A DNA stretch of 40,458 bases from Candidatus Daviesbacteria bacterium (GCA_016183225.1 JACPEZ010000031.1:1-40458); one strand, 5' to 3'. Positions 17,683 through 26,463 are shown, counted from the first letter of the stretch. The notes: a model not told the origin generated them from the letters alone. Numbers and translations are program-made.

Positions 17683-18570
17683 ATGAGTATAGAAAGATTG
17701 ATTGTTGCAAAATATGGCGGAACATCTTTGGCAAACGCTGAAAGATTTATTATGGTGGGAAATATCACAGATCAGGATCGTAGCCGTCGGGTGATAGTGC
17801 CTTCTGCTCCCGGGAAAGATGAGGATAATTGTATAAAAATTACTGATCTTTTAATAGATTGCGGGGAATCATCTTTTATGAATAGATCATATGCAGATAC
17901 TTTTGGTACGATCGAAAGGCGCTTCTTACAAATAGCAGAAGGACTGGGAGTTTACATTAATGATGATTTGGAAGAAGTAAAAAGCGGATTGAGGATAAAA
18001 AGAGAAAATCAAGAATTATCAGTTGCATGGGCAGCCTCCAGAGGAGAATGGCTTTCCGGAAAGATTTTATCCAGATTTTTGGGAGCAGAATTTGTTGATG
18101 CCGCAGAAATAATGAAATTTCAAAATGACGGGACATTTGACCAGGAAACATCCCACCCTTTAATAGCTCAAAGATTAAATGGCTTGGGGAGATTTGTAGT
18201 ACCCGGATTTTATGGACAGGATGAAGCAGGAAGAATCAGGACATTTTCCAGAGGCGGATCAGATATTACAGGAGCTAATCTGGCTGCTGCTTTACGGGCT
18301 GATATTTACGAAAACTGGACAGATACAAATGGTGTTCACACTGCCGATCCTAAGATAGTTCCCGAAGCTAGAACTATACTCTTTCTATTGTATGAAGAAA
18401 TGCAGGAACTGGGTTTTTTGGGAGCAAAAGTTCTGCACCCTTTGGCAGTTGATCCTGCTTGGGATAGGAATATTCCCATACATGTTCGTAATACATTTAA
18501 TCCTCGCCATCCCGGAACCTGGATTGCCTTTGCTAACTTCCCACTTGAAAAAAAGGCTCCTACGGCATAA
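17683..18570 (+). CDS. lysC: Aspartate kinase, catalytic domain only (no ACT domains)
   Basis: VAKYGGTSLA, VPSAPGK, SRGEWLS, TFSRGGSDITG, ENWTDTNGVHTADP, GAKVLHP, NTFNP..PGTWI, then ends. Confidence 0.9.
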   Translation: MSIERLIVAKYGGTSLANAERFIMVGNITDQDRSRRVIVPSAPGKDEDNCIKITDLLIDCGESSFMNRSYADTFGTIERRFLQIAEGLGVYINDDLEEVKSGLRIKRENQELSVAWAASRGEWLSGKILSRFLGAEFVDAAEIMKFQNDGTFDQETSHPLIAQRLNGLGRFVVPGFYGQDEAGRIRTFSRGGSDITGANLAAALRADIYENWTDTNGVHTADPKIVPEARTILFLLYEEMQELGFLGAKVLHPLAVDPAWDRNIPIHVRNTFNPRHPGTWIAFANFPLEKKAPTA

Positions 18571-18573
18571 AGT

Positions 18574-19197
18574 ATGGGGAATATGGATATTATCGGCACC
18601 CTGCCTGACTGGGTCTTAAAAGATTATATCAAAAAAGGCATTATTAAAATTGACCCTTTGCCAAAAGACTGGGAAGATAATGTTGATGAAGTTACTATTG
18701 ATTTTCATTTAGGAAACAGTTTGCGGGTTTTTACCGGTGACGGCTGGGATATTATTGACACCAAATTTACCACCAAACAGGAAATGGAGGGCATGATGAA
18801 GCTGGTTACCTTAAAACCGGGTCAGCCTTTTGTGCTGTCTGATAAAGATTTTGTCATTGCCACCACTAAAGAAAAACTAACTTTACCTAATGATATTGTG
18901 GGCCATTTGCACGGCAAATCTTCTTTAGCCCGTTTAGGGATTGCTGTTCATTCAACAGCCGCCCGTTTTGACCCGGGCTGGGACGGGCATCCGGTTTTGG
19001 AATTCGGCACTTTCTTAAAGGGTAAAAGAGTGGTTATTTATGAAGGATCACCCATTTGCGCTTTTTCTTTTGAAAAGTTGTCTGCATCTGTAAAAAGATC
19101 ATATAAAAAAAGTCCCAATAACAGATACGGGGGATCCAAATTGCCGGAAGTATCAAATTTAAGGGGTAAAAAACATGTCCGTTCTAGGTCTAGATGA
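18574..19197 (+). CDS. dcd: dCTP deaminase
   Basis: TIDFHLG, GKSSLARLGIAVHSTAARFDPGWDGHPVLE. Confidence 0.88.
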   Translation: MGNMDIIGTLPDWVLKDYIKKGIIKIDPLPKDWEDNVDEVTIDFHLGNSLRVFTGDGWDIIDTKFTTKQEMEGMMKLVTLKPGQPFVLSDKDFVIATTKEKLTLPNDIVGHLHGKSSLARLGIAVHSTAARFDPGWDGHPVLEFGTFLKGKRVVIYEGSPICAFSFEKLSASVKRSYKKSPNNRYGGSKLPEVSNLRGKKHVRSRSR

Positions 19198-19729
19198 AGT
19201 CCATCGTCGCATTAAAAGAGAAAAACTGATTGAAAACTTGGGTCAAAGAGAATTAAAAAATCCCGAAGGAGTGGGAGTAGATTTAAGATTGGGAGCTGTT
19301 TATAAAATTTCCTCCGGAGGAGCTTTTATTGAAGCGGATTTAGGTAAAAGAAAGGGAGTCAAGACAAAAGAAATTGCCAGATATAAAAACAGGGGAAAAC
19401 AGCCAGAAATAGTAATTAAGCCGGGAGATTATTATTTAGTGTCAACTGTGGAAGTAATCAACACCCCAACAGATCTGATGCCTGTAGTTTTCCCCAGAAC
19501 TTCTCTTTTTCGCGCGGGGCTGTTGCTTTTGAACTCTAAAACAGACCCGGGTTACAAAGGCACTTTAACCATGGGCTTAAAAAATTTGTCCGAGTTTGAG
19601 GTTAAACTGCAAATGGGAGCAAGAATCGCTAATATAGTCTTTTTCAAAATTGATGGTCAAACTGTGGCCTACCGCGGCCAGCATCAAGGTGGTAGAATTA
19701 GTCCGACAGATGCCGAACAGCAAGTCTAA
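19175..19729 (+). CDS. Second dCTP deaminase/dUTPase-superfamily protein
   Basis: [41 protein letters not shown]. Confidence 0.85.
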   Translation: MSVLGLDEVHRRIKREKLIENLGQRELKNPEGVGVDLRLGAVYKISSGGAFIEADLGKRKGVKTKEIARYKNRGKQPEIVIKPGDYYLVSTVEVINTPTDLMPVVFPRTSLFRAGLLLLNSKTDPGYKGTLTMGLKNLSEFEVKLQMGARIANIVFFKIDGQTVAYRGQHQGGRISPTDAEQQV

Positions 19730-20645
19730 ACATCCCGAATTTGAGTATTTGGATTTATTAAAAGATATCCTGAAAAATGGAGTAAACAAACCTGTGTTTA
19801 ATAATCCCGGGGTCTATATAAAGTCTGTTTTTGGCAGACAAATCAGATTTGATCTGTCCAAAGGCTTTCCGCTTTTGACCACCAAAAAGGTTTTTTTGCG
19901 GGGGATTATTCATGAGCTGCTCTGGTTTCTAAAAGGGGACTCAAACATTAAATATCTGGTTGATAATGACGTGCATATCTGGGACGAGTGGGCCTACAAA
20001 AATTACAAGGGAAAGTTGACACAGGAAGAATTTATACAAAAAATAAAAAATAATGAGAAATTTGCCAAGAAATGGGGAGAACTGGGGGATGTTTATGGGG
20101 TACAGTGGAGAAAATGGCCGGCATCTGAGGGCCGCAGAATTGATCAGCTTGCCTGGGCCATTGCGAAATTAAAAACCACCCCTTACCGCCGTTCAATTCT
20201 GGTTTCTGCCTGGAATCCCGAGTTTATCTATGAAATGGCAGCTTCTCGTGAAAAATCTGTCGCTCTGCCACCCTGTCATACGCTTTTTCAGTTTAATGTG
20301 GCTGGGGGTCGGTTATCATTACAGCTTTATCAGCGTAGCGCCGACATGTTTTTGGGAGTGCCTTTTAATATTGCCAGTTACGCGCTGCTGACCCTGATTA
20401 TTGCTCAAGTAACAGGTCTTAAGCCGGGAGATTTTATCCATACTTTTGGTGACGTACATATTTATAGTAACCACATGGTTCAAGTTAAAGAGCAGTTGAA
20501 AAGAAAACCCCGGCCTTTTCCTAAAATGAAGATTAACTCTAAAGTTAAAAATATCGATGATTTTAAGTTCGAAGACTTTACTTTAGAAAATTATGACCCG
20601 TATCCTCCGATAAAAGGGGAAGTAACAGTAGTAGGAGGATTTTGA
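19710..20645 (+). CDS. thyA: Thymidylate synthase
   Basis: [50 protein letters not shown]; start at ATG 19710. Confidence 0.97.
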   Translation: MPNSKSKHPEFEYLDLLKDILKNGVNKPVFNNPGVYIKSVFGRQIRFDLSKGFPLLTTKKVFLRGIIHELLWFLKGDSNIKYLVDNDVHIWDEWAYKNYKGKLTQEEFIQKIKNNEKFAKKWGELGDVYGVQWRKWPASEGRRIDQLAWAIAKLKTTPYRRSILVSAWNPEFIYEMAASREKSVALPPCHTLFQFNVAGGRLSLQLYQRSADMFLGVPFNIASYALLTLIIAQVTGLKPGDFIHTFGDVHIYSNHMVQVKEQLKRKPRPFPKMKINSKVKNIDDFKFEDFTLENYDPYPPIKGEVTVVGGF

Positions 20646-20646
20646 A

Positions 20647-20700
20647 AGAATCTAGAATTCAGAATCTAGAGTTCAGAATTTAAGTTATGAATCTAGAATT
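20647..20700. repeat. Heptamer array AGAATCT AGAATTC AGAATCT AGAGTTC AGAATTT...TGAATCT AGAATT; inverted counterpart AATTCTA AATTCTA AATT at 20879-20896
   Basis: Read directly; brackets the truncated four-helix-bundle ORF. Confidence 0.8.
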
Positions 20701-20893
20701 AAATAAGAAAAGAAACATTAATTATTTTCAAATAGCACTGAAGTCCGCCTCTGAAACTCTTTACTGGCTTGCGTTATTAAAAGAAATAGATACTAATAAA
20801 GAAGAAATTGATAATCTCGTTCAAGAGTGTGTAGAGATTAAGAAAATAGTATCGACTATAATATTAAATACTAAAAGTAATTCTAAATTCTAA
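20687..20893 (+). pseudogene. 5'-truncated four-helix-bundle gene (C-terminal half only)
   Basis: INYFQIALKSASETLYWL...L..E..EI.KI.S.II matches the family C-terminal half; the SI.ANI.EG motif is missing; the start codon lies within the repeat. Confidence 0.75.
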
Positions 20894-20896
20894 ATT

Positions 20897-21370
20897 ATGA
20901 GAATAAACATTATTGTGGCAGTGGCCGGTAAAAAAAGAGTTATTGGAAAAAAAGGGGCTTTGCCCTGGTATATTCCGCAGGAGCTAAAAAGATTTAAAGA
21001 AGTGACCATGGGACATCCTATTATCATGGGTAGAAAAACTCATGAATCAATAGGCAGGGCTTTACCGGGTCGAACAAATATTGTGATCACTCATGAACCA
21101 AATTACAAAGCATTGGGGTGTATTGTTGTTCATTCTTTGGAGGAAGCTTTCCAACAAACTAAAAATGATGAAGTATTTATTATCGGAGGAGGCCAGATAT
21201 ATGCGGAAGCTTTACCTCTGGCAGATAAGCTATATTTAACTTATATAGATAAAGAAGTAGAAGGCGATGTCTTTTTCCCGGATTATTCTGATTTTAAAAA
21301 GATAGTTTATGAGTCCCCCTGGCAGGAACATGAAGGATTCAGGTATAAATTTTTAGAGCTTGAAAGATAA
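20897..21370 (+). CDS. folA: Dihydrofolate reductase
   Basis: VIGKKGALPW, IMGRKTHESIGRALPGRTNIV, IIGGGQIY, GDVFFP. Confidence 0.96.
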   Translation: MRINIIVAVAGKKRVIGKKGALPWYIPQELKRFKEVTMGHPIIMGRKTHESIGRALPGRTNIVITHEPNYKALGCIVVHSLEEAFQQTKNDEVFIIGGGQIYAEALPLADKLYLTYIDKEVEGDVFFPDYSDFKKIVYESPWQEHEGFRYKFLELER

Positions 21371-21444
21371 TCTATTCTTTGTTAGAATACTTTTATTACA
21401 CACCCGTAGTATTTAAGTCTCTGGAACTACAGACTGCGGGGAGG
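21360..21444 (+). promoter_or_regulatory. rpsB promoter TTGAAA-17-TAGAAT and structured 5' UTR (CCCGTAGT...ACTGCGGG abutting SD GGAGG)
   Basis: Boxes at 21360-21365 and 21383-21388; hairpin 21403-21440; candidate S2 autoregulatory leader. Confidence 0.55.
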
Positions 21445-21454
21445 AAAAGAGACT

Positions 21455-22300
21455 ATGTACAAATTACCAACATTGGAAGAACTGCTGGAAGCAGGTGTTC
21501 ATTTTGGACACCAGGTCCGCCGCGGCCATCCGCGGATGAAACCCTATATTTACGGTGCCAAAGATGGGGTTCATATTATTGACCTGACAAAATCAGAACA
21601 GCTTTTAAAAGAGGCCTGTGAATATGTTTACAATCTGGGCAAAGAAGGAAAAGTTTTACTTTTGGTAGGCACCAAAAAACAGGCCAAACCCATTATTGAG
21701 GAGCTGGCCAAGGCAATCGGCGCCCCTTTTATGATTAACAGATGGGTGGGCGGATATTTGACCAACTTTGACGAGATCCAGAAAAATATCAAAAAGTTAA
21801 AAGAATATTTGGAGCAGAAAGAAAAAGGGAGCTTAAGCAAATACACCAAAAAGGAACAGTTGCTGCTGGAGCGGAAAATGGGCAAAGTCAAGTTAGATTT
21901 TAGTGGAGTGATGGATCTTGCCAAACTGCCCGATGCCATTTTTGTAACAGATGCAGTCTCGGATAATATTGCCATCAGGGAGGCCAATCGTTTGGGGATT
22001 AAAGTGGTGGCCATTGCCGATTCCAATGCCGATCCCACTCAAATTGATTATCTTATTCCCGGTAACGATGATGCCATCAAAAGTATTAAAATACTGGTAG
22101 AGACTGTGGCCGGAGCTTATGGTGAGGGCAAAAATGAAGCGGGTAAAGCGGCGGAAAAACTGGCTAAGAAAGAATCCGCCTCCGTTAAAACTTCGGCGGA
22201 CAAGGAAATATTGCCGGAGGAATTAAAGGAAGAGGTGGCAGCAGTAGAAGAATTGGTGGAAAAGAAGGCGGTGAAAGATGCGGAAAGGATAGTAGAATGA
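21455..22300 (+). CDS. rpsB: 30S ribosomal protein S2
   Basis: LLEAGVHFGH, VGTKKQA, RWVGGYLTNF, IPGNDDAIKSI. Confidence 0.97.
   Translation: MYKLPTLEELLEAGVHFGHQVRRGHPRMKPYIYGAKDGVHIIDLTKSEQLLKEACEYVYNLGKEGKVLLLVGTKKQAKPIIEELAKAIGAPFMINRWVGGYLTNFDEIQKNIKKLKEYLEQKEKGSLSKYTKKEQLLLERKMGKVKLDFSGVMDLAKLPDAIFVTDAVSDNIAIREANRLGIKVVAIADSNADPTQIDYLIPGNDDAIKSIKILVETVAGAYGEGKNEAGKAAEKLAKKESASVKTSADKEILPEELKEEVAAVEELVEKKAVKDAERIVE
22175..22200. repeat. REP-like element TCCGCCTCCGTTAAAACTTCGGCGGA in the rpsB tail
   Basis: Terminal inverted TCCGCC/GGCGGA; aligns with 36409-36434; encodes SASVKTSAD. Confidence 0.65.
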
Positions 22301-22746
22301 AGATAGATGATATTAAAAAATTGCGGGAGGAGACAGGAGCCGGGATTGCCGACTGTAAAGAGGCCCTGAAAGAGAGCAATGGAGATATGGCTAAAGCTAA
22401 AGGGTGGTTAAAACAACGCGGAGTTATGATTGCATCAAATAAAACTAGTCGGCCAACAGGTGCCGGAATAGTTGATACTTACATCCACCATACACTAAAT
22501 AGCGGCGCAACAGTAGTTATGGGAACAGAGACTGATTTTGTTGCACGCAACCCTGAATTTAAAGAATTTGCACACGATATTGCTCAACAAGTTACCGCTA
22601 GCGGTACACAACAGGTTGAAAATTTATTAAAAGAGCCATGGATTAAAGACGACACTAAATCTATTGGCGATCTGCTGAACGAAAAGATTGCTAAATTCGG
22701 AGAGAATATTACAATTCAGGAAGTTAAGAGATTCGAAGTTAAATAA
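22297..22746 (+). CDS. tsf: Elongation factor Ts (short form)
   Basis: IKKLREETGAGIADCKEAL, ETDFVARN, KFGENI. Confidence 0.95.
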   Translation: MKIDDIKKLREETGAGIADCKEALKESNGDMAKAKGWLKQRGVMIASNKTSRPTGAGIVDTYIHHTLNSGATVVMGTETDFVARNPEFKEFAHDIAQQVTASGTQQVENLLKEPWIKDDTKSIGDLLNEKIAKFGENITIQEVKRFEVK

Positions 22747-22748
22747 TA

Positions 22749-23303
22749 ATGGATCCAATACTTACTGAACCAAGCCAAAAAATAGATGCAGCCTTGCATC
22801 ATTTCAAGATGGAGATTGCCGGGATCAGGGCCGGTAGGGCTAATCCGGCCTTGATAGAAAATATCCCGGTGGAAGCTTATGGAGGAAAAATGAAACTGGT
22901 GGAAGTTGGCAATATTTCCGCTCCACAACCGACTCTTTTAACAGTTCAGGTTTGGGATGCCTCAATTTTGGATACGGTCATCAAGGCCATTCAGGAAGCC
23001 AACCTGGGGTTAAATCCATCAAATGAAGGGACTTTAATCCGCTTGCCCATTCCGCCACTTACGGCCGAGCGACGCGAAGAATTTATTAAGCTCTTGCATC
23101 AGAAAATAGAAGAGGCGCGGGTTTCCATCAGGCAAACCAGACATGATTTTAGAAATACCTGGAAAAGTTCCCAGGAAGCAGGCGAGTTCGGTGAAGATGA
23201 GTTTTTCAGAAGAGAAAAATTGTTACAAGAGCTCGTGGATAAAAAGATACTAGAGATAGAGCAGTTAGGAAAAACGAAGGAAGATGAATTAACACAATTA
23301 TAA
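22749..23303 (+). CDS. frr: Ribosome recycling factor
   Basis: IRAGRANP, LGLNP, IPPLTAERR, ARVSIRQTR. Confidence 0.96.
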   Translation: MDPILTEPSQKIDAALHHFKMEIAGIRAGRANPALIENIPVEAYGGKMKLVEVGNISAPQPTLLTVQVWDASILDTVIKAIQEANLGLNPSNEGTLIRLPIPPLTAERREEFIKLLHQKIEEARVSIRQTRHDFRNTWKSSQEAGEFGEDEFFRREKLLQELVDKKILEIEQLGKTKEDELTQL

Positions 23304-23403
23304 TGTCAAAGTTCAAATGTCAAATTTCAAATCAATATCAAATGAATAAATATTAAAACTTTTGAAATTTAGATTTCATTTGTAATTTGGATTTTGGAAT
23401 TTT
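23302..23403. repeat. Intergenic heptamer-built imperfect inverted repeat (AATGTCA AAGTTCA AATGTCA AATTTCA ... TGTAATT TGGATTT TGGAATT)
   Basis: CAAATGAA (23339-23346) pairs with TTCATTTG (23375-23382); fills the whole frr-rseP gap. Confidence 0.75.
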
Positions 23404-23407
23404 TAGT

Positions 23408-24478
23408 ATGTTGTTTTCAATCATAATTTTTGTATTAACTTTATTAGTTTTAGTAGTTATCCATGAATTTGGGCATTTCCTGCTGGCCAAAAAATTTGGC
23501 ATTAAAGTTAAAGAATTCGGGTTTGGCATTCCTCCCCGCTTGTGGGGCAAAAAGATCGGGGAAACCATTTATTCCATTAACTGGCTGCCTTTCGGCGGTT
23601 TTGTCAAACTGCTGGGGGAGGAAGATCAAAAAGAGGGTTCTCCCTCCCGTAATTTTGCCCGCAAACCGGTTTTCCAGCGAATAGTGGTTGTTATTGCGGG
23701 TGTGGTGATGAATTTGATTTTGGCCTGGGTGCTTTTTTACATTGTTATTGCGGCCCAAAATTTTCGGGTAATTACCCCTGCTCTGGAACCCGGAGTTTAT
23801 ATTGGTAGAGTGGAAGAAAACTTTCCGGCTAAAGAGGCCGGAATAAAACCCGGGGACAGGCTTTTGTCTGTGGACGGTAAAGCAGTTTCCTCTTTTGATG
23901 AGGCCAGGAGTTTAATCAAGGAGAAAGAGTCAGCAATTTCACTGCAATTGCAGGATAGTAAAGGAGTAAGAGAAGTTGTGCTGACTGCTAAAGAAGTTGG
24001 CGGAGAAAGATTAATCGGAGTGGTCTTTGCCCCGTTTTTAATTAAAGAATATAAAACTCCGGTTGAGAAAATATTTTCCGGCATAACTTATTCTTTTGAT
24101 TTAACCAGATTAACTTTCATGGGGCTTGGCAAAACCATTACTCAATTAATTTCCGGACAGTTTGGACAGGTGTCCCAACAGGTCAGCGGGCCGGTAGGTA
24201 TTGCCGCCATGTCCGGTGAAATTTTGCAGGGCGGCTGGCAGGCAGCTATACCGTACCTATGGTTTGTGGGGATAATCTCTCTAACTCTGGCTATTTTTAA
24301 CATTTTTCCCATCCCGGCCCTGGACGGGGGGCGGTTGCTTTTTCTTTTAATAGAGGCCCTAACCGGCAAGAAAGTTAAATCTGAAATAGAAAATCTTATA
24401 CATCAAGTCGGCTTTGCCATTTTAATTACCCTGGCTCTTTTAATTACCTATTCCGACATTAAAAAGTTCTTTATTTAA
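23408..24478 (+). CDS. rseP: Site-2 (M50) intramembrane metalloprotease with PDZ domain
   Basis: HEFGH, LPFGGFV, AGVVMN, PDZ, SGPVGI, NIFPIPALDGG. Confidence 0.93.
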   Translation: MLFSIIIFVLTLLVLVVIHEFGHFLLAKKFGIKVKEFGFGIPPRLWGKKIGETIYSINWLPFGGFVKLLGEEDQKEGSPSRNFARKPVFQRIVVVIAGVVMNLILAWVLFYIVIAAQNFRVITPALEPGVYIGRVEENFPAKEAGIKPGDRLLSVDGKAVSSFDEARSLIKEKESAISLQLQDSKGVREVVLTAKEVGGERLIGVVFAPFLIKEYKTPVEKIFSGITYSFDLTRLTFMGLGKTITQLISGQFGQVSQQVSGPVGIAAMSGEILQGGWQAAIPYLWFVGIISLTLAIFNIFPIPALDGGRLLFLLIEALTGKKVKSEIENLIHQVGFAILITLALLITYSDIKKFFI

Positions 24479-24520
24479 TGTAACTTGACAAAAGTAATGT
24501 AAAGTGGTATAATGTAATGT
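24476..24520 (+). promoter_or_regulatory. Consensus promoter TTGACA(24485)-17-TATAAT(24508) overlapped by four TAATGTA direct repeats (probable antitoxin operator)
   Basis: Perfect boxes; TAATGTA at 24476, 24495, 24510 and 24515; ATG 7 nt after the -10. Confidence 0.85.
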
Positions 24521-24772
24521 ATGACATATTTAGTATCAATTACCTCACAGGGGCAAATTAGCATTCCAATTCAGCTTCGTCGAAAGTTTGGTTTAGAAAA
24601 AACCCAAAAAGCCATTGTTTCGGATGATGCAGATAAAATAATTATTGAACCGGTTCAGGATTTCTTAGAACTTAAAGGATCACTAAAAACTAAAATAAAG
24701 AAAACTCCAAGACAAATCCGCCGTGCCTTTGAAGAATATTTAGCACAGGAAGCAATCAAGGGCCTAAGATGA
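24521..24772 (+). CDS. AbrB/MazE/SpoVT-family antitoxin
   Basis: SITSQGQISIPIQLRRKFGL; ATGA overlap with the PIN gene. Confidence 0.9.
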   Translation: MTYLVSITSQGQISIPIQLRRKFGLEKTQKAIVSDDADKIIIEPVQDFLELKGSLKTKIKKTPRQIRRAFEEYLAQEAIKGLR

Positions 24773-25155
24773 ATAGAGTGGTTCTTGATACGAATGTTTT
24801 TTTGCGCATTTTATTAAATGATATACCGGAGCAAGTAAAACAGGCAGAAAGAATTCTTCAGCAGGGGAAGACAGGAAGAAGAATTTTAATTGTTCCCCAA
24901 GCCGTGATTTTTGAGATAGCTTTTGCTCTTGAAAAAATTTACTATTTCCCTAAAGAAAATATTATTGATAGATTAAGCTCTATTCTTTCTTCCGGTTATT
25001 TTCAAATTCAAGACAGTGATATCTTTAAAGATACGATTGAAATTTACAAACAAAAAAATTTATCATTGGTAGATTGTTTTCTATATGCATTTTCCTTAAA
25101 AAACAAGGCAGAACTTTTTACTTTTGACAAAAATTTGCAAAAATTTAAAGAATAA
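24769..25155 (+). CDS. PIN-domain (VapC-like) toxin
   Basis: VVLDTNVFLR, VIFEI, LSLVDC, LFTFDK. Confidence 0.9.
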   Translation: MNRVVLDTNVFLRILLNDIPEQVKQAERILQQGKTGRRILIVPQAVIFEIAFALEKIYYFPKENIIDRLSSILSSGYFQIQDSDIFKDTIEIYKQKNLSLVDCFLYAFSLKNKAELFTFDKNLQKFKE

Positions 25156-25176
25156 GATAGAGAGTTAAATAATTTC

Positions 25177-25692
25177 ATGGAAGGTTTATCACCCGAAGGC
25201 CTTACAACCGTAAATAGAGAATTATTTAGAAAGATATATAGACTATTTCCTGATTCTGGCGACCGCCTTATAACTTTTAAGAAGGGAAACGAATTAGTGG
25301 AGATGGGAAGAATTTTACATCCTGATGAAGGAAGGGAGGAAGAAGATTTTCCCCTCGTTCCAGTAACATTGTCTCGCCCTCTGGTAAGTTTTATGATTGC
25401 ACATCAAGGGATTTTAGTTCCCGTTACCACTCCATATGGCATTCTTTTAGATCTATGCATTGGTCAAGATGGTAGATTATGCCACTTTAGTAATTTTTAC
25501 GACTTTGACAGAAGAGGTAATGGCGTAAAGCACGAAATAGTAGATCCCGATACGACAGACTATGGTTCTCCGGAAGAAGCTATTCTGAATGTAATGGGCA
25601 AGGAATTTGTAGATCAAGTTCCACGGCTTGAATTTGTGCCTAAAGAAGATGATACCAGAGTTGTGCCTTTAACGATCGGGATTATGAAATAA
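25177..25692 (+). CDS. Hypothetical acidic soluble protein
   Basis: 171-aa ORF filling the gap; no recognisable motif. Confidence 0.6.
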   Translation: MEGLSPEGLTTVNRELFRKIYRLFPDSGDRLITFKKGNELVEMGRILHPDEGREEEDFPLVPVTLSRPLVSFMIAHQGILVPVTTPYGILLDLCIGQDGRLCHFSNFYDFDRRGNGVKHEIVDPDTTDYGSPEEAILNVMGKEFVDQVPRLEFVPKEDDTRVVPLTIGIMK

Positions 25693-25793
25693 TAAGGGGT
25701 ACTTTAAGTGAGATAGAACAGGGAAAGTGGAATAGACTAAGAAGATAAAGGATTTGCTTTTTGTTTTCTATTTGTGTTAGTATAAAATCATTA

Positions 25794-25957
25794 AAAGCTA
25801 TGAAGGAGTTTCCCGCTCTGGAGCTGAATGCGAAAAGCATTTCCGTTGGTTACGTAACAACTTAAATTGAGAAGTAATTAAGGTGGTACCACGGTTCGAC
25901 AAGCTCACCGTAAACGGGCTAGCACCGTCCTTATAGATTTTAAGGAGGTGCTTTTTT
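25794..25957 (+). ncRNA. T-box riboswitch with ultrashort stem I; probable Pro (CCC) specifier
   Basis: T-box AAGGTGGTACCACGG (25880-25894) pairs with CCGTCCTT (25925-25932); K-turn AGC-TAT-GA...GA-GCT; CCGTT...AACTT element; terminator follows. Confidence 0.85.
25921..25957 (+). terminator. T-box terminator AGCACC-GTCCTTA-loop-TAAGGA-GGTGCT-TTTTT, whose 3' arm contains SD AAGGAGGT
   Basis: Hairpin plus T tract immediately before ATG 25959. Confidence 0.85.
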
Positions 25958-25958
25958 A

Positions 25959-26312
25959 ATGGTAAAACCACAAATTACATACGAAGATTTTGAGAAGATA
26001 GATATTCGCATTGGGCGGATAGTTAAAATTGAGGATTTTCCCGAAGCCAGAAAACCCAGTTATAAATTATGGATAGATTTTGGGAAGGAAATTGGGGTGA
26101 AAACTTCCAGCGCCCAATTTGTCAAAAACCAAACCAAAGAACAGTTACTAAATAAACAAGTGGCCTGTGTGGTCAATTTTGCGCCTCGCCAGATTGGGCC
26201 GTTTACTTCGGAAGTTTTAACTTTGGGCCCTGATGACGGAACAGATGATCCCAGCAACTGGGTTGCCCTAACCACCTTGAAGGATGTACCATTAGGAAGA
26301 GAGGTAAAATAA
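25959..26312 (+). CDS. csaA: CsaA/Trbp111-like OB-fold tRNA-binding protein
   Basis: ITYEDFEKIDIRIG, FPEARKPSYKLWIDFG, SSAQ, VVNFAPRQIG, SEVLTLG. Confidence 0.9.
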   Translation: MVKPQITYEDFEKIDIRIGRIVKIEDFPEARKPSYKLWIDFGKEIGVKTSSAQFVKNQTKEQLLNKQVACVVNFAPRQIGPFTSEVLTLGPDDGTDDPSNWVALTTLKDVPLGREVK

Positions 26313-26322
26313 TATGAGAAAT

Positions 26323-26463
26323 TTAGCGTTTGACTGAGCGGGAGGAACTCTTTTTATTTTCGGAAAGTTTATAGGCGATATAGGTTAACAACACAACAAT
26401 GAGAACAAGGGCTGTTGAAATTTGTGTATTAGTTACAAAATTGAGAAAATCAAAATTATTCAT
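26323..26463 (-). CDS. 46-aa single-TM peptide MNNFDFLNFVTNTQISTALVLIVVLLTYIAYKLSENKKSSSRSVKR (module B)
   Basis: Hand translation; ATGA overlap with the upstream two-TM gene. Confidence 0.7.
   Translation of the reverse strand: MNNFDFLNFVTNTQISTALVLIVVLLTYIAYKLSENKKSSSRSVKR

Noticed and set aside
17520-17768. 82-aa minus-strand ORF across the attenuator
   Set aside because: Antisense to the leader, terminator and kinase start; no protein-like features
19650-19709. Longer N-termini in the ORF track for thyA (also glyA, folD, lysC, rseP, cmk)
   Set aside because: The extensions overlap upstream genes or promoter boxes; downstream starts fit the family N-termini
16438-20893. Diversity-generating retroelement (Avd-like genes)
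   Set aside because: No reverse transcriptase and no TR/VR pair with adenine-specific mismatches in the window
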